Of a stretch of 64,000 nt of DNA, positions 50,583 to 60,103 are shown piece after piece. This DNA is from an uncultured Candidatus Saccharibacteria bacterium. Its GTDB lineage: Bacteria > Patescibacteriota > Saccharimonadia > Saccharimonadales > JAUPVS01. The notes under the pieces are model-generated. The model did not search any database, was not told the origin of the DNA, and saw nothing but the letters and a program-made list of their open reading frames with translations. The translations under genes were made by a program, and so were the position numbers. The stretch's first letter is position 1. Every line of letters begins with the position of its first letter. The stretch spans positions 208,860 to 272,859 of the forward strand of contig CAYPFM010000001.1 in assembly GCA_964410185.1 (NCBI GenBank), given 5' to 3'.

Positions 50583-51092
50583 ATGGCTACAATACAAACC
50601 CACGAAGAAAAACTGAAGCATCACCGACTGGTGGTACAGAGCCTGCGGGCAAAGGCTGATGCCAAAAGGACCTTTACCGACCGAGTAGCCGATAGCCTGA
50701 CCGCCAAATTTGGTACCGTTTTGTTCCTGGTCTTAAATGCCATTTGGTTCTTTGTTTGGATCGTGCTCAACACCAACATTATTCCTGGCGTAAAGCCGTT
50801 CGATCCATTCCCGTTTGGCTTGCTCACCATGATTGTTTCGCTGGAGGCTATATTCCTAGCCATTATTGTTTTGATTTCACAAAACCGCGCCGCCCGAATC
50901 GCAGAACTGCGTGAAGAGGTTGACCTCCAAGTTAACTCAATCGCCGAAACTGAGATTACGAAGATTATCGAAATGCTTGGTGTCTTGATGCAGAAGAACG
51001 GTGTAAAAGTCGATGACCCCGACATGGAAGAGATGATGCGCCCAATCCGCAGCCAAGACATCGAGAAAATCCTCGAAAAACAGCTGCAATAA
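50583..51092 (+). CDS. DUF1003-like membrane protein
   Basis: FGTVLFLVLNAIWFFVWIVLN...PFDPFPFGLLTMIVSLEAIFLAIIVLISQNR pattern. ATG at 50583 within track ORF 50577..51092. Confidence 0.55.
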   Translation: MATIQTHEEKLKHHRLVVQSLRAKADAKRTFTDRVADSLTAKFGTVLFLVLNAIWFFVWIVLNTNIIPGVKPFDPFPFGLLTMIVSLEAIFLAIIVLISQNRAARIAELREEVDLQVNSIAETEITKIIEMLGVLMQKNGVKVDDPDMEEMMRPIRSQDIEKILEKQLQ

Positions 51093-51169
51093 CTCCCTTT
51101 TAGTATTAGCAGGCGCCTGAGCTGTTCGACACGGACTGTTACAATAGATAGGGTAACGAAGGAGAAGCT

Positions 51170-51745
51170 ATGAAGAATACGCTTATTGTTGTTCTGGTGA
51201 TTGCAGTACTGGGTCTTGGTGGCTGGGTAGTCTATGACAGAACCAGGCCGAACACAGCGACTACAACGACCTCAACAACGGCAACTGCCGGCCAGCCAAA
51301 GTCTGCTAATACCTTAGATCTGAGCGACAAAGGACTGACCAAGGTTGGTCCAGAAATCTATAACCAGACCAACACTACTGCGTTGATTCTGTCTAACAAC
51401 AACATTCAAACGCTGCCATCAGAGATGGGCAAGATGACCAAGCTTGAGGTCTTTACTATCGACCATAACCGGCTTGACGGCTCACTGATTGGCGAGATAC
51501 GCAAAATGCCACTCAAAAGCCTCGATGTTAGCTATAACAACATGACGGGTATGCCAGCTGAAATTGGGCAGCTGAACAAGCTGGAGACACTTAATTACAG
51601 CTACAACAAAATAACAGGGATACCAAACGAGATTGCGAATCTAAAGAACAATCTCAAGGAGCTGAATCTTACCGGCAACCCAGTCAGTCAATCGACATTG
51701 GCCAAGCTGAAGTCGGAGCTACCCAGCACGAACATAATTTTTTAG
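51170..51745 (+). CDS. leucine-rich repeat protein, N-terminally anchored
   Basis: TM helix, Thr-rich linker, then about 6 LRRs (LxLSxNxIxxLPxEIGxLxxL). Confidence 0.7.
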   Translation: MKNTLIVVLVIAVLGLGGWVVYDRTRPNTATTTTSTTATAGQPKSANTLDLSDKGLTKVGPEIYNQTNTTALILSNNNIQTLPSEMGKMTKLEVFTIDHNRLDGSLIGEIRKMPLKSLDVSYNNMTGMPAEIGQLNKLETLNYSYNKITGIPNEIANLKNNLKELNLTGNPVSQSTLAKLKSELPSTNIIF

Positions 51746-51753
51746 GAGTTACC

Positions 51754-52005
51754 ATGAAACGAACGTTTACGAATGAAGAAGCGAAAGCGATTGGCGACAG
51801 CCTAGGGATAGACTGGCAACAGGTTAATCTTGAGCAGTTCCGCATGGGCCTAACTGTGGAGTTCGAGCACGGCTCGCATGATAGTGAAACGAATGTTACC
51901 AACGACGATACCACAATGACAGGGAAGATTGCTTGGGCCCATCTCAAAGAAATCCCGGACTACTATACGCGTCTAGCTAAAATGGAGGCCGAGGCCGAAA
52001 GCTAA
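51754..52005 (+). CDS. hypothetical small protein
   Basis: 83-aa ORF. Confidence 0.5.
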   Translation: MKRTFTNEEAKAIGDSLGIDWQQVNLEQFRMGLTVEFEHGSHDSETNVTNDDTTMTGKIAWAHLKEIPDYYTRLAKMEAEAES

Positions 52006-52085
52006 CAAACTGTGACCTAGGTCATAGAAATTGTCTGGTAAAAAGGTTATGCTTGTGACAAACAAGCTTTAAAAAGGAAACAAAA

Positions 52086-52631
52086 ATGGCCAAAAAAACA
52101 GATCGAAAAACAATTGATATGGTGTTTGTATTGCTCGGCGCCGCGATGACCTTAACACTGGTTGTGGTGGGTGGTATTTCTATGTACGCCTACAACTTTG
52201 CTACCACGAGCGTCCGCACCGAGCTCGTAGCCCAAAAGATATACTTCCCTCCAAAGGGTAGCCCAGCCCTTGATCCAAAGGAATTTCCTGACCTACAACA
52301 ATACGCTGGCCAGCAAGTTGACGATGGTATCAAGGCCAAGGCGTATGCCAATGGCTTTATTGGTCGTCACCTCGAAAAAGTAGCTGGTGGCAAAACCTAC
52401 TCCGAAGTTAGTACCGAGGCTATGAAAGACCCAACCAACCCTAAGTTGGCTGCTCAAAAGGCCACACTATTTCAGGGTGAAACCTTGCGCGGTATTCTAC
52501 TCGGTGACGGCTACGCCTACTGGACCTTTGGCCTAATCGCCTTCTACGCTGCTATCGCTGCCTTTATCGGTGCCGCTGTTATGGCTGTCCTAGTACTGCT
52601 CGGCTTCCGCCACATGTCTAAGCAAAAGTAG
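52086..52631 (+). CDS. hypothetical membrane protein (TM helix at each end)
   Basis: 181-aa ORF. Confidence 0.5.
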   Translation: MAKKTDRKTIDMVFVLLGAAMTLTLVVVGGISMYAYNFATTSVRTELVAQKIYFPPKGSPALDPKEFPDLQQYAGQQVDDGIKAKAYANGFIGRHLEKVAGGKTYSEVSTEAMKDPTNPKLAAQKATLFQGETLRGILLGDGYAYWTFGLIAFYAAIAAFIGAAVMAVLVLLGFRHMSKQK

Positions 52632-52681
52632 CTCAATCACTTCTCAGCCCGAATTAAGCCAGGCAGACTATACTACGAGTA

Positions 52682-53701
52682 ATGAAGTATAGTCTTGCCG
52701 ATACCCACCAACTCACTCCCAGCACTATTCTGCTGACGTTTGAGCCCAAAGGTGGCAAAGCCATTGGCTTTATGCCCGGTCAGTATGCTGCGTTACGCTT
52801 TAAGCACAATGGTCGACCAACGCCCGCCCGCTGCTTCTCGATTGTTAATCGGCCAAACCAAGAGGGCACACTACAATTCGCCGTTAAGGTAGAAGGGAAG
52901 TTCACCTCGGCGTTGAACGAACTAGCAGCTGGCGCGACCGTTGATATCGACGGGCCATTCGGTGAATTCGTCCATGACCGGCAGTACGACCAAGACTCGG
53001 TTATGTTGGCCGGTGGCATTGGCATTACGCCAATTATGAGTATTTTAGCCGATGCCGTTCCGCAGGGTGGCGACAATACTTTTACGCTACTTTACAGTAT
53101 TCGTGATCAACAAGATGCAGCTTACGCCGATGAGTTATTGGCGCTCGAAAAAACCAACCCTAACTTTCGGGTAGTTTTCTTTGTTACTGGTGGTGGGGCG
53201 CCGCGGTTTGACGCCAGTCACGCCATGTTCCGGCGCATAACCCCAGGTATTATCGCCAAGGCGGCAGATGACGACTTCGAAAATACCAGTTTCTTTATTT
53301 GTGGGCCGGCTAGTTTTATCGACTCTATGCGGGATATTTTGCGCCAAAAAGGCGTGCCACCCCTCCGCATTAACACCGAGGCCTTCACGCAAGCTAAAGC
53401 GGTAGTCGAGAAACCAAGCCTTGTCTCATTGTGGCAGCGTTTTTGGGTGTACGGTCTGGCGGCCGCCTCTTTTGTGCTTGTTATGGGCGCCGTCGCAACG
53501 ACTGACGTTTTGGCGAATTCCTCGGACGAAAAACCAACCACGGTGATTGTGCCAACGTCCGGCACTACTTCGACCTCATCCGAAAGTGAAGCGGGTGAAG
53601 ATACTGTTCCAGCCCAAACGACGACCCCTACAACTACTCCGACGGTAACAACGCCGAGAGCCACTCAAACCTACCAACGTCCAACCTCATCGGTGTCGTA
53701 A
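52682..53701 (+). CDS. FNR-like FAD/NAD(P)H oxidoreductase with C-terminal TM helix and Thr/Ser-rich tail
   Basis: RCFS (RxYS-type FAD motif), MLAGGIGITP and FFICGP. Followed by the LWQRFWVYGLAAASFVLVMGAV helix and a T/S/P-rich tail. Confidence 0.75.
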   Translation: MKYSLADTHQLTPSTILLTFEPKGGKAIGFMPGQYAALRFKHNGRPTPARCFSIVNRPNQEGTLQFAVKVEGKFTSALNELAAGATVDIDGPFGEFVHDRQYDQDSVMLAGGIGITPIMSILADAVPQGGDNTFTLLYSIRDQQDAAYADELLALEKTNPNFRVVFFVTGGGAPRFDASHAMFRRITPGIIAKAADDDFENTSFFICGPASFIDSMRDILRQKGVPPLRINTEAFTQAKAVVEKPSLVSLWQRFWVYGLAAASFVLVMGAVATTDVLANSSDEKPTTVIVPTSGTTSTSSESEAGEDTVPAQTTTPTTTPTVTTPRATQTYQRPTSSVS

Positions 53702-54618
53702 TGAAGCACCTGAGCCAGCAAACTAAAACTGCCTTGGGGTCCCAAGTGCTTTTGACCATAGTGAGCGATGAACCAGGTGAAGAATTGCTGGAGCAATTGT
53801 GGCGTAAGATTGACAGCTTTGAAGCTCGGTTTAGTCGGTTTAAAACCGACAGCGAGTTAACGCAATTTAATCACGCCGCTGGCCACGAAACGCCAATTTC
53901 GTCGGAGTTTCGGGCTATCTTACTGGCCGCCAAAGAGATGGCTGAAATAACCGATGGCTTGTTTAACCCCTTCATCCTGCCGGCTTTGCAAAAGGCTGGC
54001 TACAAGCAGTCTTGGCTGCGTGATAGCACCGTAGCAGCCGATTTTTCAGAACGGCGAGTCGCTGAGCCATCGGAGCTGATTATTAAGGCTACCACTGCCG
54101 CCATCCCGCCGGATGCCGCTATCGACCTAGGTGGGTGTGGCAAGGGCTACCTGCTTGATTTGCTAGCTAAGGAGCTGACAACAGCTGGCGTGACTGACTT
54201 CTGGCTGTCTTTGGGCGGCGACATCGTCGTCAAAGGCTGCGACGAGAACGGACAGCCGTGGCAGATTGACATTGCCGATGCACTGGAACCGGACCTGACG
54301 GTCGCGGTGGTGCAGGCACCAACGACGGGCCTGCTAGCCATCGCGACATCGGGAATCACCAAACGGCAGGGTATGCATCATGGTCAACCGTGGCACCACA
54401 TAATTAATCCAACCGATGGGCAGCCAGCGGAGACGGATATCTTGACCGCTACAATCTGCGCGCCAACCGGACTGGCTGCCGATGTCTATGCGTCTTGCAT
54501 AGTGACACTTGGTACGGCCCACTATCAGGCGTTTGCCAACGAACATAAACTATCAGATACACTCGTCCAAACGGTGGCTAAAAAAATGCTAAGAGGTGAT
54601 AGGATGAGCTTACGATGA
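53701..54618 (+). CDS. apbE: FAD:protein FMN transferase
   Basis: 305 aa with an ApbE-like pattern (FNPFILPA..., DLGGCGKGY, ATSGITKRQ). A 1-nt overlap with the upstream stop. Confidence 0.75.
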   Translation: MKHLSQQTKTALGSQVLLTIVSDEPGEELLEQLWRKIDSFEARFSRFKTDSELTQFNHAAGHETPISSEFRAILLAAKEMAEITDGLFNPFILPALQKAGYKQSWLRDSTVAADFSERRVAEPSELIIKATTAAIPPDAAIDLGGCGKGYLLDLLAKELTTAGVTDFWLSLGGDIVVKGCDENGQPWQIDIADALEPDLTVAVVQAPTTGLLAIATSGITKRQGMHHGQPWHHIINPTDGQPAETDILTATICAPTGLAADVYASCIVTLGTAHYQAFANEHKLSDTLVQTVAKKMLRGDRMSLR

Positions 54619-55229
54619 GTACTATGACGCTTCGATTCGCAGTTGAGCCGCATGTACGGGTTCTGCATACCTGGCCCTGGTATCTCACTCGGTCCTCGGG
54701 CCTTGTTGCCGCCATCTCTTTGGTGTTGTTGATGGTAACAGGGATTACGATGTTCATTGGCTACGAATTCAAGTTTATGCAGCCGCTGAAGGCGTGGGCC
54801 AACCACCGTACCTTGGGCATCGTTTTTAGTGTGAGCGTCGCGGTACACGTGCTGTCCCTGCTTTTTGATAAGTACATTTCCTTCAATATCCCACAGGTAT
54901 TGGTGCCTTTTGTTTCTGACTACAAGCGAACGCAGCTGCTAGGGCTTGCAGTCGGCTCCTTAGGGGTGGCCCTGGGAGTTATCTCGTTGTATCTGGTGAT
55001 AGCGATAGTCTACACCTCGCTGACTAAAACAATGACGAAACGTCCAGCCCTCTGGAAGTGGACTCACTATCTGAGCTACCTCGTCATTTTATTCATTTTC
55101 TTCCATAGCATCATGATTGGTACCGATCTTAAAAATGGTTTGTGGCGCTGGAGCTGGATCATTGCCAACGTCGTAATTTTAGTACTAGTTGGTTTACGTT
55201 TGCGCCGCGTTGGATCCCTTAACTCCTAA
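54615..55229 (+). CDS. ferric-reductase-domain-like bis-heme membrane protein
   Basis: Two TM helices carry His pairs spaced H-x13-H (HRTLGIVFSVSVAVH) and H-x12-H (HYLSYLVILFIFFH). ATGA overlap with apbE. Confidence 0.6.
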   Translation: MSTMTLRFAVEPHVRVLHTWPWYLTRSSGLVAAISLVLLMVTGITMFIGYEFKFMQPLKAWANHRTLGIVFSVSVAVHVLSLLFDKYISFNIPQVLVPFVSDYKRTQLLGLAVGSLGVALGVISLYLVIAIVYTSLTKTMTKRPALWKWTHYLSYLVILFIFFHSIMIGTDLKNGLWRWSWIIANVVILVLVGLRLRRVGSLNS

Positions 55230-55250
55230 ACTGTTTGCTATACTGCTGCC

Positions 55251-55802
55251 ATGACGGAATTATGGCAACTTTATAGCGAAGACGGCCAGCCACTAGTGGG
55301 CAAAGGCGCCACCAAAGACGAGACCTTCAAAAAAGGCCTCCTACACGGTGCGGCTCACGTTTGGGTTTGGCGACGGACACCACGCGGCGTCGAGGTTCTG
55401 GCGCAAAAACGAGACTCCAAAAAACGCACCTGGCCCAACACCTACGACGCCTCGTCGGCAGGGCACGTTAGTCTTAACGAGAGCCCTTTACAAACGGCAG
55501 TCCGAGAAACCGAAGAGGAAATTGGCCTAGTCGTTGATACAGAAGATTTGCAGCTTGTGGCGCGCCTGAAGCCCCGAAAAATTCAGCCTAACAATGTCGA
55601 TACCGAAAACGAGGTTCGCTGGATATATTTTTACGAGTTGCAGCACGATTTTGAATTTCGTTTGGAGGCCAACAAAGTGGCTGCTCTTGACTGGAAAAAT
55701 TTAGAGGAGCTAAAGCGCGAACTGTTTGAGTTCCCCGACCGTTATCTCCCACAGGGTGACGAGTATTATCAGACCTTAATTAGTGCGTTAGAAAAACTCT
55801 AG
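55251..55802 (+). CDS. NUDIX hydrolase
   Basis: Nudix box GHVSLNESPLQTAVRETEEEIGL. Confidence 0.8.
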   Translation: MTELWQLYSEDGQPLVGKGATKDETFKKGLLHGAAHVWVWRRTPRGVEVLAQKRDSKKRTWPNTYDASSAGHVSLNESPLQTAVRETEEEIGLVVDTEDLQLVARLKPRKIQPNNVDTENEVRWIYFYELQHDFEFRLEANKVAALDWKNLEELKRELFEFPDRYLPQGDEYYQTLISALEKL

Positions 55803-56236
55803 AGGCTAAGCGTAGTGATATCGCCGTGTAAGACAACTGGGCCCATGCCCCGGATCTCTTCGATGAATGATGATTCCTCGGGGAGTTCGTTTAGAACAAA
55901 GATTGGTTTGTTCAGGTAAAACGCTAGTGACATTTCGATTAGAACATTGCCACCCACGTAATCTTTAATGCCGTGCTTTTCATTGTTTACTACCAAGATG
56001 GCGTCGGCTTTTTCGATTTCACTAAAGTGGCCACGCATTAAATCAGCCTTTTTGTGGTAATCTTTGGCGTCCTCGAACCAGGTTTTATAATGGCTGACGT
56101 CAAAGTCGCCGGTTCGCTTCATCTCGAGAGCATTCGATGGAACAAGTACTTTATACCCCCGTTTCTCTAAAACTTCTTGGATATCGATTACTTGACGATA
56201 AAAATTGGCGCTGGAACAGATGGTGATTGTCTTCAT
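55799..56236 (-). CDS. hypothetical protein (possibly nucleoside 2-deoxyribosyltransferase-like fold)
   Basis: 145-aa ORF. MKTITICSSANFY N-terminus. The family call is weak. Confidence 0.4.
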   Translation of the reverse strand: MKTITICSSANFYRQVIDIQEVLEKRGYKVLVPSNALEMKRTGDFDVSHYKTWFEDAKDYHKKADLMRGHFSEIEKADAILVVNNEKHGIKDYVGGNVLIEMSLAFYLNKPIFVLNELPEESSFIEEIRGMGPVVLHGDITTLSL

Positions 56237-56286
56237 GTACCAATCATAGCAGAGAGGCTTTATACTAAGGGTAGAAGAGGGGACCT

Positions 56287-56952
56287 ATGGTATTTCGTAA
56301 AACAACTTCAACTGAGGCGATTACAGATTATGTTAGCGATATTCTTCGCACTAAACTGGGCGCTGGCGAAAGGGTTTTATGGCTGGTAGCCGGTGGTTCG
56401 GCCATTAGTGTGGCGGTGGCGGTGGCGCATAATTTACAGGGCTTGGACCTGAGCAACCTAACGGTTACCTTAACTGATGAACGCTACGGCCCGGTTGGGC
56501 ATCCAGATTCTAATTGGGCGCAATTGGAGCAGGCTGGCTTTAGTCTGCCAGGCGCACAGCTCGTGCCAGTTTTACATGGTCACTCCATCGAAGATTCCAC
56601 CACCGAGTTTGCTCGGCACTTACAAGAGTATTGCCAAGGCGCGACCTATTGCTTGGGACTTTTTGGTATTGGTCCCGATGGCCATACGGCTGGCACCTTA
56701 CCTCACAGCCCTGCTGTTGAGTCGACGGAGTGGGCGGCCAGCTACCAAGGACCCGACCATATGCGGGTGACTATGACGGCCTCAGCCATTGCTGCGCTGA
56801 GCGAGGCAGTGGTATATGCTATGGGGGAGGCTAAGGCCGAACCGCTAAAGCGTCTAAACACAGGGGTTCCAATCGCTGAACAGCCTGCCCAGGCTCTCAA
56901 AAAAGTGCCCATACTAACCATTTTTAATGACCAAATAGGAGACACCGTATGA
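56287..56952 (+). CDS. pgl: 6-phosphogluconolactonase
   Basis: GLFGIGPDGHTAG motif. Adjacent to gnd and zwf. Confidence 0.75.
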   Translation: MVFRKTTSTEAITDYVSDILRTKLGAGERVLWLVAGGSAISVAVAVAHNLQGLDLSNLTVTLTDERYGPVGHPDSNWAQLEQAGFSLPGAQLVPVLHGHSIEDSTTEFARHLQEYCQGATYCLGLFGIGPDGHTAGTLPHSPAVESTEWAASYQGPDHMRVTMTASAIAALSEAVVYAMGEAKAEPLKRLNTGVPIAEQPAQALKKVPILTIFNDQIGDTV

Positions 56953-57854
56953 AAATCGCAATTGCTGGACTTGGCCGGATGGGAATGCAGATTTCCCGCA
57001 AACTAAGTGAAGACGGACATGAGGTAATCGCGCACAACCGTAGTCAGGGCCCAATTGATGAAGCCGTCGGCTATGGTGCCAAGGCCGCGCCAACCGCCAA
57101 TGACGTTGTTGAAGCCTTTAAGGGTGAGCAGCTCATACTTTGGATTATGCTGCCAGCCAACATTATGGACGACACCATTGCTGAATGGCTCAAGCTTGTT
57201 CCCAAGGGCAGCATCTTAATTGATGGTGGTAACTCCGATTTTCGCCTGACCCAAAAACGATCTGAGCTAGTTGCAAGCCAAGGTTCAACCTTGCTTGATG
57301 TCGGCACCAGCGGTGGCGTGTGGGGCTACCAGAACGGCTTCTCGATGATGGTTGGTGGCGACAAAGCTGCCGTAGCAGTGATCGAGCCCGTCTTGAAGAC
57401 ATTGGCCGCGCCAGAAGGTGCCTACTTCCACTTTGGTCCCAGCGGCTCCGGCCACTACGTTAAGATGGTTCACAACGCGGTTGAATATGGCATGATGGAG
57501 AGTCTGGCCGAAGGCTACCGAATGCTCAAGGAAGGCGCCTACAAAGACCAGATAGATCTCGCTGCTGCCGGCAACGTTTGGCAGCACCATAGCGTGGTTA
57601 CGTCATGGCTAAACGAGCTGTGTCAGTCGGCTCTAGAAGAAAATCCCAACCTCGATGGCATCGAAGGCTTTGTGGCTGAGTCAGGAGAAGCGCGCTGGAC
57701 GCTCGAAGCCGCCAAAGACCTCGGTATCCCGCTACCGGCTATTCAAACAGCTTTTGACGTGCGTTTGGCATCACAAAAGGGTGAAGTTAATTTTGCTACC
57801 AAACTACTATCGGCAATGCGCAATAAATTCGGGGGCCACGAGCTAAACAAATGA
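56949..57854 (+). CDS. gnd: 6-phosphogluconate dehydrogenase (decarboxylating), short form
   Basis: IAGLGRMGMQI Rossmann N-terminus, GHYVKMVHNAVEYG motif, 301 aa. Confidence 0.8.
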   Translation: MKIAIAGLGRMGMQISRKLSEDGHEVIAHNRSQGPIDEAVGYGAKAAPTANDVVEAFKGEQLILWIMLPANIMDDTIAEWLKLVPKGSILIDGGNSDFRLTQKRSELVASQGSTLLDVGTSGGVWGYQNGFSMMVGGDKAAVAVIEPVLKTLAAPEGAYFHFGPSGSGHYVKMVHNAVEYGMMESLAEGYRMLKEGAYKDQIDLAAAGNVWQHHSVVTSWLNELCQSALEENPNLDGIEGFVAESGEARWTLEAAKDLGIPLPAIQTAFDVRLASQKGEVNFATKLLSAMRNKFGGHELNK

Positions 57855-59185
57855 GCGACATTACGCAGCCGACCATCCTGGTTATCATTGGTATCTCTGG
57901 CGACTTAGCACAGCGTAAATTACTACCGGCACTTCGTGAAATTGCCGAAGCCGGCGCCCTGCCAGACGCTTTCCGTATTATTGGTATCTCCCGTCGAGCC
58001 TTACAGCTGTCTGATATTGCACCGGCGGATGACACTTTCTGGGAGCAGCATCTAGAGCTACATCAGATGGATCTGAGCGACATACAGGCCTACCATGACT
58101 TCGCCACACAACTTCAGGGCATTGAACGTTCCTTGGGTGGTTCAGCCCAGCGCTTGTTCTATCTTTCGGTGCCGCCGGAGGCCACCCAGTCAGTTGTGGA
58201 GATGTTGGGCAACTCCGGGCTAGCCGAAGTACCAGATACTAAACTATTGCTAGAAAAACCATTTGGGACCGATTTAGCGTCGGCACAGCAGTTGGTCGAG
58301 CACTTACAGCAACACTTCAAAGAGGAGCAGGTCTACCGGATTGACCACTATTTGGCCAAGGAGATGGCTCAAAACCTGATTGTCTTCCGTTCTGCCAACC
58401 CCGTCTTTTCCGAAACCTGGAACAATAAATTCATCTCTAGCATTGAGATTATCGCCAGCGAAAAGATTGGCATCGAGGGCCGCAAAACTTTTTACGAGCA
58501 AACTGGTGCTTTGCGAGACGTTGTCCAAAGCCATCTTCTGCAGCTGGCTGCGCTGACGCTTATGGAATTACCAAAGCTGAACGATATGCAAAGTACACCA
58601 CGACTGCGCTGCCAGGCGCTATCAGCAATACGACCGGTTGAGGATATCGAGACCAATGTGGTGCGAGGCCAGTACCAAAGCTACAAAGACGAAGTCGGCA
58701 ATCCGGATAGCGCCGTTGAGACGTTTGTTTCGTTGCGCCTGCAATCGAATGACGAGCGCTGGAAGGATGTGCCAATTATACTCACCACTGGGAAAGCGCT
58801 CGCCGAGCAACGCACCGAGATTCGTGTCAGCTATCGCGGTGAAGGTAACACCGACGCAAACATTTTGATCCTGCGCGTTCAGCCTGACGAAGGTGTTCAG
58901 GTCTGTCTGTGGGTCAAGAAGCCAGGCCTTGATAACGCTTTGCAACAGATTCCACTCTCCTTTGAGTATAAGCATCACTTCAACGACAAACTGCCCGATG
59001 CCTACGAACGGGTTTTTGTAGACGCCATGCGCTCTGACCACAGCCTGTTTACAACCAGCCAAGAAGTTTTAGCGAGCTGGCAGATTTTGGCGCCCGTCCA
59101 AGAAGCCTGGAATCAGACCGATGCCGACCTACGCATCTACCCAGCTGACAGCTCACCCCAGGACATTATTAAAACCAAGCAATGA
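57851..59185 (+). CDS. zwf: glucose-6-phosphate dehydrogenase
   Basis: GISGDLAQRKLLPAL N-terminus and YRIDHYLAKE motif. Confidence 0.85.
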   Translation: MSDITQPTILVIIGISGDLAQRKLLPALREIAEAGALPDAFRIIGISRRALQLSDIAPADDTFWEQHLELHQMDLSDIQAYHDFATQLQGIERSLGGSAQRLFYLSVPPEATQSVVEMLGNSGLAEVPDTKLLLEKPFGTDLASAQQLVEHLQQHFKEEQVYRIDHYLAKEMAQNLIVFRSANPVFSETWNNKFISSIEIIASEKIGIEGRKTFYEQTGALRDVVQSHLLQLAALTLMELPKLNDMQSTPRLRCQALSAIRPVEDIETNVVRGQYQSYKDEVGNPDSAVETFVSLRLQSNDERWKDVPIILTTGKALAEQRTEIRVSYRGEGNTDANILILRVQPDEGVQVCLWVKKPGLDNALQQIPLSFEYKHHFNDKLPDAYERVFVDAMRSDHSLFTTSQEVLASWQILAPVQEAWNQTDADLRIYPADSSPQDIIKTKQ

Positions 59186-60066
59186 AAACAGCACTGCCCG
59201 CCGGACAATATGTCGTAGCCGTTTCGGGTGGCGTTGACTCAATGGTGCTATTGGATCTACTCAGCAAGCAGGCTGATCTGCAACTGACGGTGGCTCACTT
59301 CGACCATGGTATTCGGGAAGAGTCGTCCGAGGACCGCCTATTAGTGCAAAAAGCGGCACAGAGGTACGGCCTACCCTTTGTGTATAACCGTGTTGAGCTT
59401 GGTCCAGGAACCAGTGAGGCGGTGGCCCGCAAGGCTCGCTACGAGTTCTTGCATACAGTTCGTGTAGCGGCTCGGGCCCGGGCAATTGTCACCGCTCACC
59501 ATCAGGACGACATGCTCGAGACGGCCATTATCAACATGTTGCGCGGGACGGGCCGCCGAGGGCTCAGCTCGCTTAAGAGTCGGGATCGGGTAATTCGACC
59601 ACTCTTGATGTATACCAAGGCAGAAATAACCAGCTACGCTCATCGCCAGGGCATCCTTTGGCATGAAGATAGCACCAACCAGGACGAGACCTACCTGCGT
59701 AACTACGTTCGCCGCCAAATCCTCGCGAAGTTTACCGTCGCGCAGCGCCAGCAGCTCCTGGTTCACCTTAATACCGCCAGTGAGCTCAATCAGGAACTCG
59801 AAGTTTTATTAGCCAACAACCTGCATATCCAGCCGGCTCCCCACCAACTGGATAGGCAGTGGTTTATCCAGTTACCACACCAGGTCGCTAAAGAAATTCT
59901 GGCCAGCTGGTTACGTGAAAGGGGAGTCAGTTTTAATACCAAGACGCTCGAGCGGTTGTGCGTAGTGGCCAAAACTTACCAGCCGCACAAGCAAGCCGAC
60001 GTTAATAACGGGTATGTAATGGAGGTAAAACCAGCTTACTTGGCACTCAAGCAGGCCGACCGCTAG
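59182..60066 (+). CDS. tilS: tRNA(Ile)-lysidine synthetase
   Basis: PP-loop VAVSGGVDS, 294 aa. Confidence 0.8.
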   Translation: MKTALPAGQYVVAVSGGVDSMVLLDLLSKQADLQLTVAHFDHGIREESSEDRLLVQKAAQRYGLPFVYNRVELGPGTSEAVARKARYEFLHTVRVAARARAIVTAHHQDDMLETAIINMLRGTGRRGLSSLKSRDRVIRPLLMYTKAEITSYAHRQGILWHEDSTNQDETYLRNYVRRQILAKFTVAQRQQLLVHLNTASELNQELEVLLANNLHIQPAPHQLDRQWFIQLPHQVAKEILASWLRERGVSFNTKTLERLCVVAKTYQPHKQADVNNGYVMEVKPAYLALKQADR

Positions 60067-60103
60067 ATTTCCGGGTTTGGAGCCGGTATAATAGAATACA
60101 CAT

